Source: a virus
Lineage: Duplodnaviria; Caudoviricetes
Length of the DNA: 64,000 bases
Reading direction: 5' to 3' (one strand)
Virus record (IMG/VR): IMGVR_UViG_3300033072_000957
Coordinates: 17,567 to 81,566 of that record
Below, piece after piece: positions 21,501-30,859 of this stretch. The stretch's first letter is position 1, and each line of letters opens with the position of its first letter. Position numbers and translations under genes: made by a program. The notes below the pieces were generated by a model that did not search any database, was not told the origin of the DNA, and worked only from the letters and a program-made list of their open reading frames with translations.

Positions 21501-23608
21501 ATATAATATTGTTTACTTTGTTGTAAATCAATTGTTGAACAAAAACTTAAATAATCAGGATAATTTGGTGATGGCCAATTAGAATTTCCTGTTACCCATA
21601 CACCATTGAAATTCATCCTATTACTCCAAAATTGTTGGTTTAATGATAGTGTTGGTGATGAATTTGTATTACCATCGTAAGCATATGAATTTGTTGCAGC
21701 ACCTGTTAAATCATATTGGTCATAAACAAGATATCCGAAATCACCATATGCTAAATTTGGTGACGCTACACCAGGTTGTAATGATTGAATAGTTGTTGGT
21801 GATGTTTCAATTATTTTATAACATCCACTATGATCTTGTTTAAGTGTATAACCATCTGGACAAACACAAGGTGTTGGTGTAGGTGTGATTGTACTTGTAG
21901 ATGTAACTGTTATTGTTGGTGTAATTGTTATTGTTGGTGTAATAGTTGGTGTAAGTGTAATAGTTGGTGTAACAGTTGGTGTCTGTGTTATGGTTGGGGT
22001 AACAGAAATAGTAGGTGTAATCGTTGGTGTTACGCTTATAGTTGGTGTTATAGTTGGCGTAATAGATATTGTTGGCGTTACACTTATAGTTGGTGTAATG
22101 GTTGGTGTAATCGATATTGTTGGAGTAATTGTTGGCGTTACACTTATAGTTGGTGTAATGGTTGGTGTTTGTGTTACCGTTGGTGTTAATGTAATAGTTG
22201 GCGTAATAGTTGGTGTAACAGAAATTGTAGGTGTGATAGTTGGCGTTTGTGTAACAGTTGGTGTAATTGTATTTGTCGGCGTAATAGTTGGTGTAACCGA
22301 TATAGTTGGTGTTACTGTAACCGTTTGTGTTATAGTTGGTGTTATTGATATTGTTGGTGTAATAGTTGTTGTAACAGTAGGTGTATTTGTTGGTGTATGT
22401 GTTGGTTCGGGTGTTACGGTTGGTGTTATAGTTGGTGTAACACTAATTGTTGGTGTTACGGTCACTGTCGGTGTTATAGTTGGTGTAATAGAAATAGTTG
22501 GGGTAACAGAAATAGTAGGTGTAACTGTAACTGTTGGAGTAATGGTTGGTGTAACACTAATGGTTGGGGTAACTGAAATTGTAGGTGTTTGAGTTACTGT
22601 TGGAGTAACCGTAACTGTTGGGGTAATTGTAACTGTTGGAGTAACTGTCGGTGTTGGGGTTGGTGCTAATGTCGCAATTAATATAAATCCACAATCTACC
22701 GCACTTGTTGGTGTTACTGTTACAGTTGGTGTAATAGTCGGCGTAATAGTTGGGGTCATAGTCACAGATGGTGTAACCGTTAATGTTGGTGTAATAGTCG
22801 GCGTAACAGAAATAGTCGGTGTAACAGTTTTTGTTGGAGTAACTGTTGGTGTAACAGTTTTTGTAACAGTTATTGTTGGTGTTATTGTTGGTGTAACTGT
22901 TGGAGTTTCGAATACTGGCGTTAACGTAACAGTTGGTGTGATTGTCGGTGTAACTGTTGTTGTTGGAGTAATTGTTGGAGTAATTGTTGGCGTTGGGAAT
23001 TGTTCACATTCTACCGTAATGCAAGTAACCGCTTGGGTTGTTGCCCAAGGTGCGTCTAACGTTACCGTGATATTTTTTATTCCTCCACTAAAATATGATT
23101 TCGTTACACTTTGATAAACGGGTAATGGTGATGTTGTATTATCACCCCAATTTACTGTAAATGTCGCATCAAATAAACCACTCGCTTTACCTAAGTTTGT
23201 GGTATTGTAAATCGTAACATCTCCACAATTAACATCATAAGCAAATGTTGCTCTAATTTTTTCAGTTTCAGTAATCTTACCATCAAATGGAACCATTGGT
23301 CCAAATTCATCTACTGATGATAATAATGGAATTGGTAATTGTAAATCTTCATATTTGTCACCATTTGAAGTTACTTGAACCCATTGTGGTGTTGAACCGC
23401 TATATTTATAATATCCTAAAGAAACTAATCCGTTTTGTGTGTTTCCTGATAAATTTTGAACTACATCACCGACAGATGGTCCGCCATCTGTTAATCCTGA
23501 CCAAGGAATAAGACTACCATCAGAAGCATACCAATTTTTACTTGTTGTACTAACAAGTTTTACTATTGGTATCGATTTTCTTTTTATACTATGTCTTATC
23601 CTTTTCAC
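18530..23608 (-). CDS. Large multidomain adhesin/receptor-binding fibre (PKD-like, PT linkers, PA14-like, Asp-box propeller); GTG start
   Basis: FTVNWGD, CVCPDGY/CPEGY Cys modules, AGDNDVTIKVDG...LSAGPNVVEL, six S-x-[DN]-x-G-x-[TSE]-[WF] Asp-boxes. Confidence 0.75.
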   Translation of the reverse strand: MKRIRHSIKRKSIPIVKLVSTTSKNWYASDGSLIPWSGLTDGGPSVGDVVQNLSGNTQNGLVSLGYYKYSGSTPQWVQVTSNGDKYEDLQLPIPLLSSVDEFGPMVPFDGKITETEKIRATFAYDVNCGDVTIYNTTNLGKASGLFDATFTVNWGDNTTSPLPVYQSVTKSYFSGGIKNITVTLDAPWATTQAVTCITVECEQFPTPTITPTITPTTTVTPTITPTVTLTPVFETPTVTPTITPTITVTKTVTPTVTPTKTVTPTISVTPTITPTLTVTPSVTMTPTITPTITPTVTVTPTSAVDCGFILIATLAPTPTPTVTPTVTITPTVTVTPTVTQTPTISVTPTISVTPTITPTVTVTPTISVTPTISITPTITPTVTVTPTISVTPTITPTVTPEPTHTPTNTPTVTTTITPTISITPTITQTVTVTPTISVTPTITPTNTITPTVTQTPTITPTISVTPTITPTITLTPTVTQTPTITPTISVTPTITPTISITPTITPTISVTPTISITPTITPTISVTPTITPTISVTPTITQTPTVTPTITLTPTITPTITITPTITVTSTSTITPTPTPCVCPDGYTLKQDHSGCYKIIETSPTTIQSLQPGVASPNLAYGDFGYLVYDQYDLTGAATNSYAYDGNTNSSPTLSLNQQFWSNRMNFNGVWVTGNSNWPSPNYPDYLSFCSTIDLQQSKQYYIGIAGDNDVTIKVDGNIIIDQPNNQPQANFKYWHIYPVTLSAGPNVVELINYNRSSVGSFAAEIYDNTLSQLTGATSENDVNIVFSTGDYLPSRTIYGHPTNNGGALISFGTVSNGTLYGEGFCTNYSCPEGYTLDTSNPNNYVCRFTSEINCGDPVPSPTPTITLTQTPTVTVTPTLTPTVTVTPTVTPTLTPTISLTPTIFDCNTLATGTSLPYAAIAMNKASDDGSNASAIDGKYVVTAIKNGFLLYSTDYGDTFQRVTSIGTQTWNKVAVSGNGQYMLASSWNGERLNGYSGYLYKSSDYGSSWTKLTTQFAADSSSYGASTSSNNGEKNWTSISISYSGQYMTATRGDFRTTSGFDTYNNKGEIFKSSDYGVTWTKITPAGGYSKNFTSVSISNNGLYQTVVAGIPLEFSDYTGNMMHSYSGAIYISQNYGAEFTNTGVGSQGNHYSDVKVSPDGSYQLAAFHYYANSSGYDYYDWNFLYYSTNYGISWTSLEEATSGSGYPQKLWDQIDTSFEGKRSYMIRDGHVSDDHVPKVVITGENNDNAYRIGRYIPLAPSIYGKVDKMTASPSSKFNGVATSFDGTKVMIVDNTKLYKSSDNGATWSTDFICPTPTPTVTVTPTNTFTPTNTITPTITPTITLTPSVYCDFGIDVTILTPTPTPTLTVTPTITLTQTPTVTVTSTVTVTPTISLTPTLTPTITPTVTPTPDTSFVPVAREFFPVSCENRCYDTITNSYNNSTYTSFTHCLNFTNGYYVNSNTITITYGAYDRPNRFNLYVNGGLAQTSGWVGYDNTYSGPWGTAGSLNTTGTTGSFTFTYLTGSTYEMRVEVGPENPSTQLGDSYYFTISCPTIPPTPTPTVTPTKNTINYCAGGSNLSLRNGNTTTGWKWFMYETGYYNFQYPSGEYDPTTKTLTGLPSTFTPPKHPYPGYMRIIVWNCSSQQFYIIDQWTTQNGGPVRHFPSNVLTALPTALNTYEGNKFTIAPYNT
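21862..23000 (-). repeat. Longest coding Thr/Pro repeat (about 375 aa)
   Basis: TPTITP/TPTISV/TPTVTV array interrupted by DCGFILIATL. Confidence 0.9.
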
Positions 23609-23637
23609 CTACTATAAATAAGTTATTTTGTTTTTTT

Positions 23638-25242
23638 TTATGATGCACAATCGTACCAATTTTGCAATGTTCCGTTTGATGAAACTTCAACAATGTGTGT
23701 TATTGTTCCACCAGATGATGGTATCATTACACCGTATTTATAATTGTTTCCATTAAATTCGTCACCAGGTGTTCTATTTTCAGTATTATAAACTGTATAT
23801 GTTGTGGATGGTGTTAAACCATTTGATTCGTAGTTTATATATTTTGTATAAATTTGTCCTCCAGTTGTAGCACCGCCAACATAATTAAATGCATAATTTG
23901 GTGGGTGTCCACATAACTGCGAACTTGCAACTAATGTACTATTCCACGCATTTGTCCCTCCTCTAACTAAAGTTATTTGTGTATATAAAGGAACGGATGG
24001 TGCAATTGTTGGACAACCAAATTCATTAGTTGGTCCTACCGAATATTTTTGACCACTAGGGTTAGGGTCGGTTGTTGTTGAACCTACCACAACATAGTAA
24101 TATCCAACACTACCTTCAACCCTATCTCCCGAGTCATAAACCGAAGATAAATAACCTGTTGACCAAACATCATAGTTACCACTTGAATAACCTGATTGTC
24201 CTTGAAATTCACAAGGTCTTAATCTATAATAAATGTAAGTCGGTCCTCCTCCACTTCCGCCACTACCACCAGATGCTGGTGTAGGTGTTGGTGTTGGGGT
24301 ATGTGTAGGTGTAAATGAAATTGTTGGTGTCATTGTAGGTGTTGGTGTCTGTGTCGCATTAATATTAATCACAGTTCTTCTTTCATAAAACCTAACAGGT
24401 GAAACTCCCATATTACCGTCAATTGTGTTGCCGGTAACAATACCAATTCTATTACTATATTGTGAAACTGTACCATTAAAACGATATATTCGATATGAAT
24501 AATCAGTTCTATCAATATCAACTTGATAGTACATATCTGACACATCATTTATTTGATAAGTTGAATCAAATGGTGTATTTGTAAAATCAATAATACTACC
24601 ATCAATTTTATTAAAAAATTTGGCAGTCATAAAGAATGTATTCGTATTTGAAGTTACTCCACTTAAATTTGTTTCTTCTAAAACACTATCGTCCTGAAAC
24701 CAAAACAAATACATATTTTCTTTGTTTCTATAGTTTGAACCCATAAAAACAGGTACGTGAATATTTTTTCTTATTGTTGAATAAAATATTTTTTCTCCTA
24801 ACGGTAATGATAGATTTTTAGCAAATACCAATCTTCGATTATATCTATTTGGAGCTTCGTAGGTGTTACCTTTTATTGGTGTTTTATAAAATTCTAATCT
24901 AAAAAAACTTTCAGATGTTGCTTTTAATAATTTTGCGTTTTCTTGTGGTGTTAAACCAATATGACTATAATCTAAACCGTTAGTGTAATCATTAGTATTT
25001 GGGTTTAAAAAATAGAAATAAAACCATATGTCACACTGAGTATCTCCTGAAAAACTTGTTATTCCACTATACGGTTTATGAATATAACGCATAGTTTCAT
25101 AGTTGTCGATTGGGTTAACTATTTCATATAAAACCTCATCCTCAAATTGTTGCATATTTTCTTGCCATCCCGCATTTGTTTGGAAATCGGTGTCAAAATT
25201 TAAATCAATTTTTAAGTCTTCGGTTTTTCTTAAAATTTTCAT
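23638..25242 (-). CDS. Baseplate-region protein with PT/Gly-Ser linker and variable C-terminal domain (ATG at 25242 preferred over TTG at 25248)
   Basis: ATG overlaps upstream stop; TPTPTMTP and GGSGGSGGG linker. Confidence 0.7.
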   Translation of the reverse strand: MKILRKTEDLKIDLNFDTDFQTNAGWQENMQQFEDEVLYEIVNPIDNYETMRYIHKPYSGITSFSGDTQCDIWFYFYFLNPNTNDYTNGLDYSHIGLTPQENAKLLKATSESFFRLEFYKTPIKGNTYEAPNRYNRRLVFAKNLSLPLGEKIFYSTIRKNIHVPVFMGSNYRNKENMYLFWFQDDSVLEETNLSGVTSNTNTFFMTAKFFNKIDGSIIDFTNTPFDSTYQINDVSDMYYQVDIDRTDYSYRIYRFNGTVSQYSNRIGIVTGNTIDGNMGVSPVRFYERRTVININATQTPTPTMTPTISFTPTHTPTPTPTPASGGSGGSGGGPTYIYYRLRPCEFQGQSGYSSGNYDVWSTGYLSSVYDSGDRVEGSVGYYYVVVGSTTTDPNPSGQKYSVGPTNEFGCPTIAPSVPLYTQITLVRGGTNAWNSTLVASSQLCGHPPNYAFNYVGGATTGGQIYTKYINYESNGLTPSTTYTVYNTENRTPGDEFNGNNYKYGVMIPSSGGTITHIVEVSSNGTLQNWYDCAS

Positions 25243-26999
25243 TAACAATCAATTTTTTTATTATTGAAATCTATAATTCCGTTTGATTTATTAGTGTATG
25301 CCGCCTCATTTCTTAAATAGAAATTAATATCGTTTTTTACATAATGAGTACCATTTACAAATGGGAAACTTGTACCGTATCCATCACCATCAACATAACC
25401 GTGGTCATATAAATCTCTCCATCTCCATATTTTATCATACACATCATATGATGCATTTTCAGGTAGATTATAAATGTCATTAGTTCTTGCCGATTCCGTA
25501 TATGGTGACAGTTGTCTTAGTTTAACTCTATGGTGTGGTTGATAATATAACCCAAACATATTATTAGCTGAAGAACCAGAATATGTTACACCATTATCTT
25601 GATTATAATCAAAAATTGATGTTGGGTTGCTTATCTTATGATATGACTCACTAATGATTCTTTCTTTAATTTCTTTTTTGTTGTATTCAACAAATGCACC
25701 GGTTAATACAGTACCAATTGGTAATGTATTTCCACTTGTAAATGTTATTGATTCTTTTACAAATGTTTTTCCTGAAATTGTTGTTTCGTTTGATGTTGTT
25801 CCACTAAAGTGTTCATCAATCCAAGTATCGTGAAAATGAAATTTATATCCTACTTTTGGCGGATAATTAAAATATCCATTACCATTTCTAAAAATTGTGG
25901 TTACATAAACTTCTGTTGGTGTGTATCCTAAATTATTTGTTAGTCCACTTAAAACTAATGGTTCTTTAAAATCATATAAAACGGATTCCATTCTATTTCT
26001 TTCAACTAGAACGTCGTTATCACCATTCGCATTTTCAAATAATAATTTTTTTTCATCTTCAAACACAGGTGTTTCAAAACCAATTTGGTCCATAATGTAT
26101 CCACCAACATCTGTCAATGTTTTATGTTTATGTACGTAATATTCTGAAGTTGTTCCTGAAATATTATTAATATCTAAACATCTTTTTCCGATTATAATAC
26201 CTGATAATGGTAAGTATTGATTTTTAATTTGTGATTTTAAAATATTAATAACATAATTTTCTGAATCGAAAATTTCATTACCGATGCTGTTAATTTGAAA
26301 AGTATTATTTACAGAATATCCTAAACTTTTAAATAATCCACTATTGAATACGATATATTCGCCAGCTTTCATTCCGTGCGGTACAGGACTAACTAATTCA
26401 TAAGATGTTCCACTATCATTAACTCTAAATGGTATCCCGTCACCCGCAACAAATGTTGAGACCGTACCTCCCGTTAAAGTATATTTCATTGGGTAAGTCG
26501 TACTTTTAGCGTGAACATATGTTAAATATAAGTTCCAATTGTGATATGGTGCCGACATCGCTGTAATGGTTTGGTGTTCTGTTGAACCACTACTTCTAAA
26601 AATTGGTGTGAACGTACCTAATGTATTTGATGTTGCAACGTTATTATCTTCTCTATAAACATCTTTTCTCAAAAATGCAAATTCATCATACGGAATAAAA
26701 CCGTCAAAAACATTATCACTACCATCGCCATTCAAATATAATCTGTTTAGTAAATACGAATACTCAGTTGATCCGCTATACATATTTCTAAACACCATTT
26801 TTAATTTACCATAAATTTTGTAATTAGAACTTTTGTTTCTTTCATCATCATATAATTTGGCAATGTCTAAAACAATGTCTTTATCACCAATTCTTAATAA
26901 CGATTCTGAAGATTCTAAATTTACTTTTAAATCTATTTCCTCATCGGGTGCTTTACTATACCTTTTTGTTGGTAATATAATTTGTTTTTTCTCTTCCAT
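25242..26999 (-). CDS. Baseplate-region structural protein, function unknown
   Basis: 585-aa ORF coupled on both sides. Confidence 0.7.
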   Translation of the reverse strand: MEEKKQIILPTKRYSKAPDEEIDLKVNLESSESLLRIGDKDIVLDIAKLYDDERNKSSNYKIYGKLKMVFRNMYSGSTEYSYLLNRLYLNGDGSDNVFDGFIPYDEFAFLRKDVYREDNNVATSNTLGTFTPIFRSSGSTEHQTITAMSAPYHNWNLYLTYVHAKSTTYPMKYTLTGGTVSTFVAGDGIPFRVNDSGTSYELVSPVPHGMKAGEYIVFNSGLFKSLGYSVNNTFQINSIGNEIFDSENYVINILKSQIKNQYLPLSGIIIGKRCLDINNISGTTSEYYVHKHKTLTDVGGYIMDQIGFETPVFEDEKKLLFENANGDNDVLVERNRMESVLYDFKEPLVLSGLTNNLGYTPTEVYVTTIFRNGNGYFNYPPKVGYKFHFHDTWIDEHFSGTTSNETTISGKTFVKESITFTSGNTLPIGTVLTGAFVEYNKKEIKERIISESYHKISNPTSIFDYNQDNGVTYSGSSANNMFGLYYQPHHRVKLRQLSPYTESARTNDIYNLPENASYDVYDKIWRWRDLYDHGYVDGDGYGTSFPFVNGTHYVKNDINFYLRNEAAYTNKSNGIIDFNNKKIDC

Positions 27000-29900
27000 T
27001 ATTCGGCAGTTTTAAATGCACCTTTAGGTCCAAACCTAAGCATAAATTTATCAACCGCAGTTTTACCCGGTCTCAATCCAAAATAAAATTGGAATGGTGT
27101 AGACAAAATTTGTTTTGTTCCTGTGTAATTTGTTTGTGTTGGTTTAATAATATAATCAATGTCAGAATTCCAACTTTTTGTAACCCAATTAGATGCCGAA
27201 CCAACCCTTGTATATAATGTTCCTGTTGTTGGATTAGTGACACTATTTGCCCATAAAAATGTAAACCCTTCTTCTTGATTATTAAAATCAGTGTGATTAT
27301 CAACATCATCGATTCTGTCATAAATTGGCTCACTAAGAGTAATACTACTAATTGTGATGCCGGTACCGTTTGAATCTTCAGTCATTGGGAATAGTATATA
27401 TTTGTGTGATGAGTCGCCCGTAAATGCGTAGTTATATTCCATACCTTGTAGTGGTTTAACTGATACACCATTATAATCCCAATGATGGTCAGTTCCATTT
27501 CCAAAACCCGCACCATTTTTTTCCCATAAATAAAATGGTACATCTTGTGCCGCTTCAGTTAATCTTCCTAATTCATTTAAACAAGACCTAACTCTATATC
27601 CGTCACCATCTGTTGTTCTACCACTAATAACACTCGTTCCATCTAAATAAAAATTTAATGGAAACGCACTACTATTATAAATTGAATCTAATTGTTCCGC
27701 ATCTAATACTCTTGGGTTATATGCTGCGTATTTTCTATTTTGTAAATCGAATTGTTCAATACCCGCTTCACAGTTAATTGATATTAATTGTAATGCATCT
27801 CCGTTGAAGACGTATCCATCCATTTTATTCGGCATTACAGGGTCAAATCCATTATTGTCAAAGAAGTCAGTATAATCTCCATTCGCACCTAATGTATCCA
27901 TTTTGTAATTTATGTATAACCCTAAAAATTCTTTAAAGTCTTGATATGAAGATGGTCCAATGCTTCTTACAACTGAACAGTTAGGGTCCATAGATGGGTC
28001 AGTACAAATTTCTTTAATGAACTCATCTCTTGGTCCTAAATCTACAATAGTTGTTGGGTGACCTAATGTACCATAAGCTCTATAAAAATTACCACCATCA
28101 GGTGTATATGCCGACCTATAATAAAATCTTTTATCATTCACTTTGAAATAAACTAAATTTTCACAATACTTTGTTCTTGCATAGTTTAAATCTAATTTTT
28201 CTTCGTCATCCCATCTTACTTTAGCTTTGAATGGGAAAAAATAAAATGAACCTGTCAACCAGTTATCTAAATAAGAATAATTTACTATTCCTTCACAGAA
28301 TAATTTACCAACTAATTTTCTTCTTGCATATTCACCAATCGCTTTGTAATTTGAAGTCCAGTTGTTTGTTTTAGCGGCTGGTATAATTGTGAATAAACCA
28401 TATCTAAATTCAGAAAAACCACTTTTAGTAGAACACGTTCCACAAGGATTACTATCATTACCAATTTGTTGTCCTGCTATAATTTTACCGCCACTACAAG
28501 ACGTACCGTTTTGTAACATTGTAGTTGTTAATGAATTGTACGGTGTATTTGGATTGGTAACACAATATGTTTTAGTTACCATAGTTTCATCGTATGCGGT
28601 TACATATTGTTGACATCCTCCTTCTAATTCTGAATTTAAAGATGATTGTGAACCTCCAGATGATGTTAATAAAGATTGTGAATCATATATTGTAAATGAT
28701 TGTGGACCTGTCGGTGCACTACCAAAAATACTTTGAGTATCAAGAAAATAATAATAATCAAACCCATTTAATTGAGTTTTACTCATACTAATATTTGTAA
28801 AATTACTTGTGCTAGTAGATTTAATAATGTATCTATTACTTGTGTCATTTACTATTGTATTTAACATACTAATATTTGAATTACTGTTTACTGCGCAAGA
28901 ATATCCCCCTTGACCGTAACTTGGTGTTCTAAAAATCATTGCTTTCGAATCTAATCCACTAAAACAAGATGAAACGAAAGACACAGGAAAAGCAACTTGT
29001 CCTGTCATTACCGTATTGTATAATACTGCAGGGTCGGTATTTGTTGATACCGCATTATTTGTGAAATCTAAGTTATCACAAGTTTCACATTCGGGATATA
29101 TTGATATACCTAATCTGACTGTACCAAATCTTTGTAATGGTTCAATAACAAGACTATCAAAAAATGCGAATGGTTCCCAACAAAGTAAACACCCACCGAA
29201 TGCTCTAATGTTGAATTTAACATTATCCATTAAAAATTGGAATGGGATTATCAATACTTGAACAACCGATACGAACGCATAATAAAGAATTCTTTCAAAT
29301 ACGTTAACAATTATCGCAAGTAAAATTGCAAAATTAAATTTTTGTATTCCCCAATTAACCGGAGGTGTTACCACATTACTTTCACAATCTTCTTCAGCCT
29401 TTGGTGAAATATCTTTAATACCCAAATATGTGTGTCTACTAATTCCATTAGAAGAAAAGTAAGAACCCATAAATGATGATAAACTATAAACTTTGTTATA
29501 GCTCATTCTATAGAAATAATCTTTTGGATAAAACGAACCTAAAGTATTATTAAAAATAATTGTATCGTTAACAGCCTCCGCAGGATAATCTTCCCACTTT
29601 AATGACCAGTTATATGATTTTTCATTTACACTACCATCTGTATTTCTAAATTCTCTAATATTTGGTGCCAAGTAGCTTCCAATAGTCCTAACTCTACCTA
29701 AAGATTCATTTTTCATTGAAACTCTGAATCTATAAACACCTGTTGTGGGAATACCTTTATTTGGGTCGTTAGTCGTTTCGATTTCACCAAATTCATTTGT
29801 GTAAACATATTCTAGATTCATTGGTAATGGTAAAACAAATGAACCATCTTCATCTACATCTTCATTTAATTCATAACTTTCAAGTATTGGTCTATCGTTT

Positions 29901-30805
29901 TCATCTAAGCGATTTGTAAATCTAATTACCTCAATAACTGCGGGTCCTGTGATTAAATCACATTTTCTACCCATTTTACCTTTTGGTGTGCAATTTTTAT
30001 TAACCGCATTGTCGCCCTGGTCACTATAAACCGAACCTAAGAAATATGCTTTAGGTTCTATTTTTACCCCTCTACTTGATAAATCAAAATCAGTTCTTGA
30101 AATACCAATTTCACATAAATCTTGATTACCCCAAAATGGATAAACATTTATTGTTTGTTCAAATGAAACAATTTGTGGCAAGGAATCTAAATCTTCGGAT
30201 GCTTTAAATTGATATGAATTTTTAAATCTATCAAGACCTTCACCTAATCGAATAAAATCATCAGGTCTTAATGAAAAACAACCAATATCAGATAAATCTA
30301 CGTCAACGTGAATAATTTGTTCACCTAATGGGACTCCCCATATCATAAAATCTCCCGCACTATTTGTTTTTACAGTATATGAATAATATTTTTCATAAAC
30401 CTCTAAAACTTCTTCTCTTGTTAATATATCTGTTTGGTCAGGAAATGTACCTGTCGGTTCGTGACCTCCGTGTTGTTTTCTTGATGGTAATAAATTATAT
30501 CTATAATTTGAATTGCTTTTATCCGATATTGATTTATATGGGTAAAGTGCAGATATAACAGGGTCCTGTGAGTCTTTTTCAGATAAAGGAACAAAAATCG
30601 ATACTCTTGCATTTGGAATTCCAAATCCGTTATTTACACTTATTCTACCACAAACAACACCATAATCCGCACATAATGATGTATATGCGTCTTTTTGACT
30701 GAATTTTAATGATAAAATTTCAAGTAAATCGTAATCTTGTTTTAACTCGACAGTTACCTTCTGGTCTTGACCAATATTTGTCGAAATTCTATGCTTTTGT
30801 ATCAT
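26999..30805 (-). CDS. Large baseplate-region protein with N-terminal carboxypeptidase-regulatory-like beta domain and central hydrophobic segment
   Basis: VVCGRISVNNGFGIPNARVSIFVP; FAILLAIIVNV...YYAFVSVVQVLIIPF. Confidence 0.65.
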   Translation of the reverse strand: MIQKHRISTNIGQDQKVTVELKQDYDLLEILSLKFSQKDAYTSLCADYGVVCGRISVNNGFGIPNARVSIFVPLSEKDSQDPVISALYPYKSISDKSNSNYRYNLLPSRKQHGGHEPTGTFPDQTDILTREEVLEVYEKYYSYTVKTNSAGDFMIWGVPLGEQIIHVDVDLSDIGCFSLRPDDFIRLGEGLDRFKNSYQFKASEDLDSLPQIVSFEQTINVYPFWGNQDLCEIGISRTDFDLSSRGVKIEPKAYFLGSVYSDQGDNAVNKNCTPKGKMGRKCDLITGPAVIEVIRFTNRLDENDRPILESYELNEDVDEDGSFVLPLPMNLEYVYTNEFGEIETTNDPNKGIPTTGVYRFRVSMKNESLGRVRTIGSYLAPNIREFRNTDGSVNEKSYNWSLKWEDYPAEAVNDTIIFNNTLGSFYPKDYFYRMSYNKVYSLSSFMGSYFSSNGISRHTYLGIKDISPKAEEDCESNVVTPPVNWGIQKFNFAILLAIIVNVFERILYYAFVSVVQVLIIPFQFLMDNVKFNIRAFGGCLLCWEPFAFFDSLVIEPLQRFGTVRLGISIYPECETCDNLDFTNNAVSTNTDPAVLYNTVMTGQVAFPVSFVSSCFSGLDSKAMIFRTPSYGQGGYSCAVNSNSNISMLNTIVNDTSNRYIIKSTSTSNFTNISMSKTQLNGFDYYYFLDTQSIFGSAPTGPQSFTIYDSQSLLTSSGGSQSSLNSELEGGCQQYVTAYDETMVTKTYCVTNPNTPYNSLTTTMLQNGTSCSGGKIIAGQQIGNDSNPCGTCSTKSGFSEFRYGLFTIIPAAKTNNWTSNYKAIGEYARRKLVGKLFCEGIVNYSYLDNWLTGSFYFFPFKAKVRWDDEEKLDLNYARTKYCENLVYFKVNDKRFYYRSAYTPDGGNFYRAYGTLGHPTTIVDLGPRDEFIKEICTDPSMDPNCSVVRSIGPSSYQDFKEFLGLYINYKMDTLGANGDYTDFFDNNGFDPVMPNKMDGYVFNGDALQLISINCEAGIEQFDLQNRKYAAYNPRVLDAEQLDSIYNSSAFPLNFYLDGTSVISGRTTDGDGYRVRSCLNELGRLTEAAQDVPFYLWEKNGAGFGNGTDHHWDYNGVSVKPLQGMEYNYAFTGDSSHKYILFPMTEDSNGTGITISSITLSEPIYDRIDDVDNHTDFNNQEEGFTFLWANSVTNPTTGTLYTRVGSASNWVTKSWNSDIDYIIKPTQTNYTGTKQILSTPFQFYFGLRPGKTAVDKFMLRFGPKGAFKTAE

Positions 30806-30859
30806 CCTAATAATAAATAGAAAGTTGTGGATTTTCTACTATTATACACAAAAAACATT

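Noticed and set aside
16757-22592. Val/Gly-rich and Cys/Trp-rich plus-strand ORFs (e.g. 21885-22592, 21830-22189, 17018-17254, also 10321-10512)
   Set aside because: Antisense shadows of the Thr/Pro repeat codons, with no independent coding signal
21862-23000. 18-nt periodic repeats as a possible CRISPR array or VNTR
   Set aside because: No constant repeat with unique spacers; degenerate at third codon positions and in frame within a CDS
14955-25242. Diversity-generating retroelement or invertase shufflon acting on fibre genes
   Set aside because: No reverse transcriptase, recombinase, TR/VR pair with adenine-specific differences, or inverted gene cassettes seen
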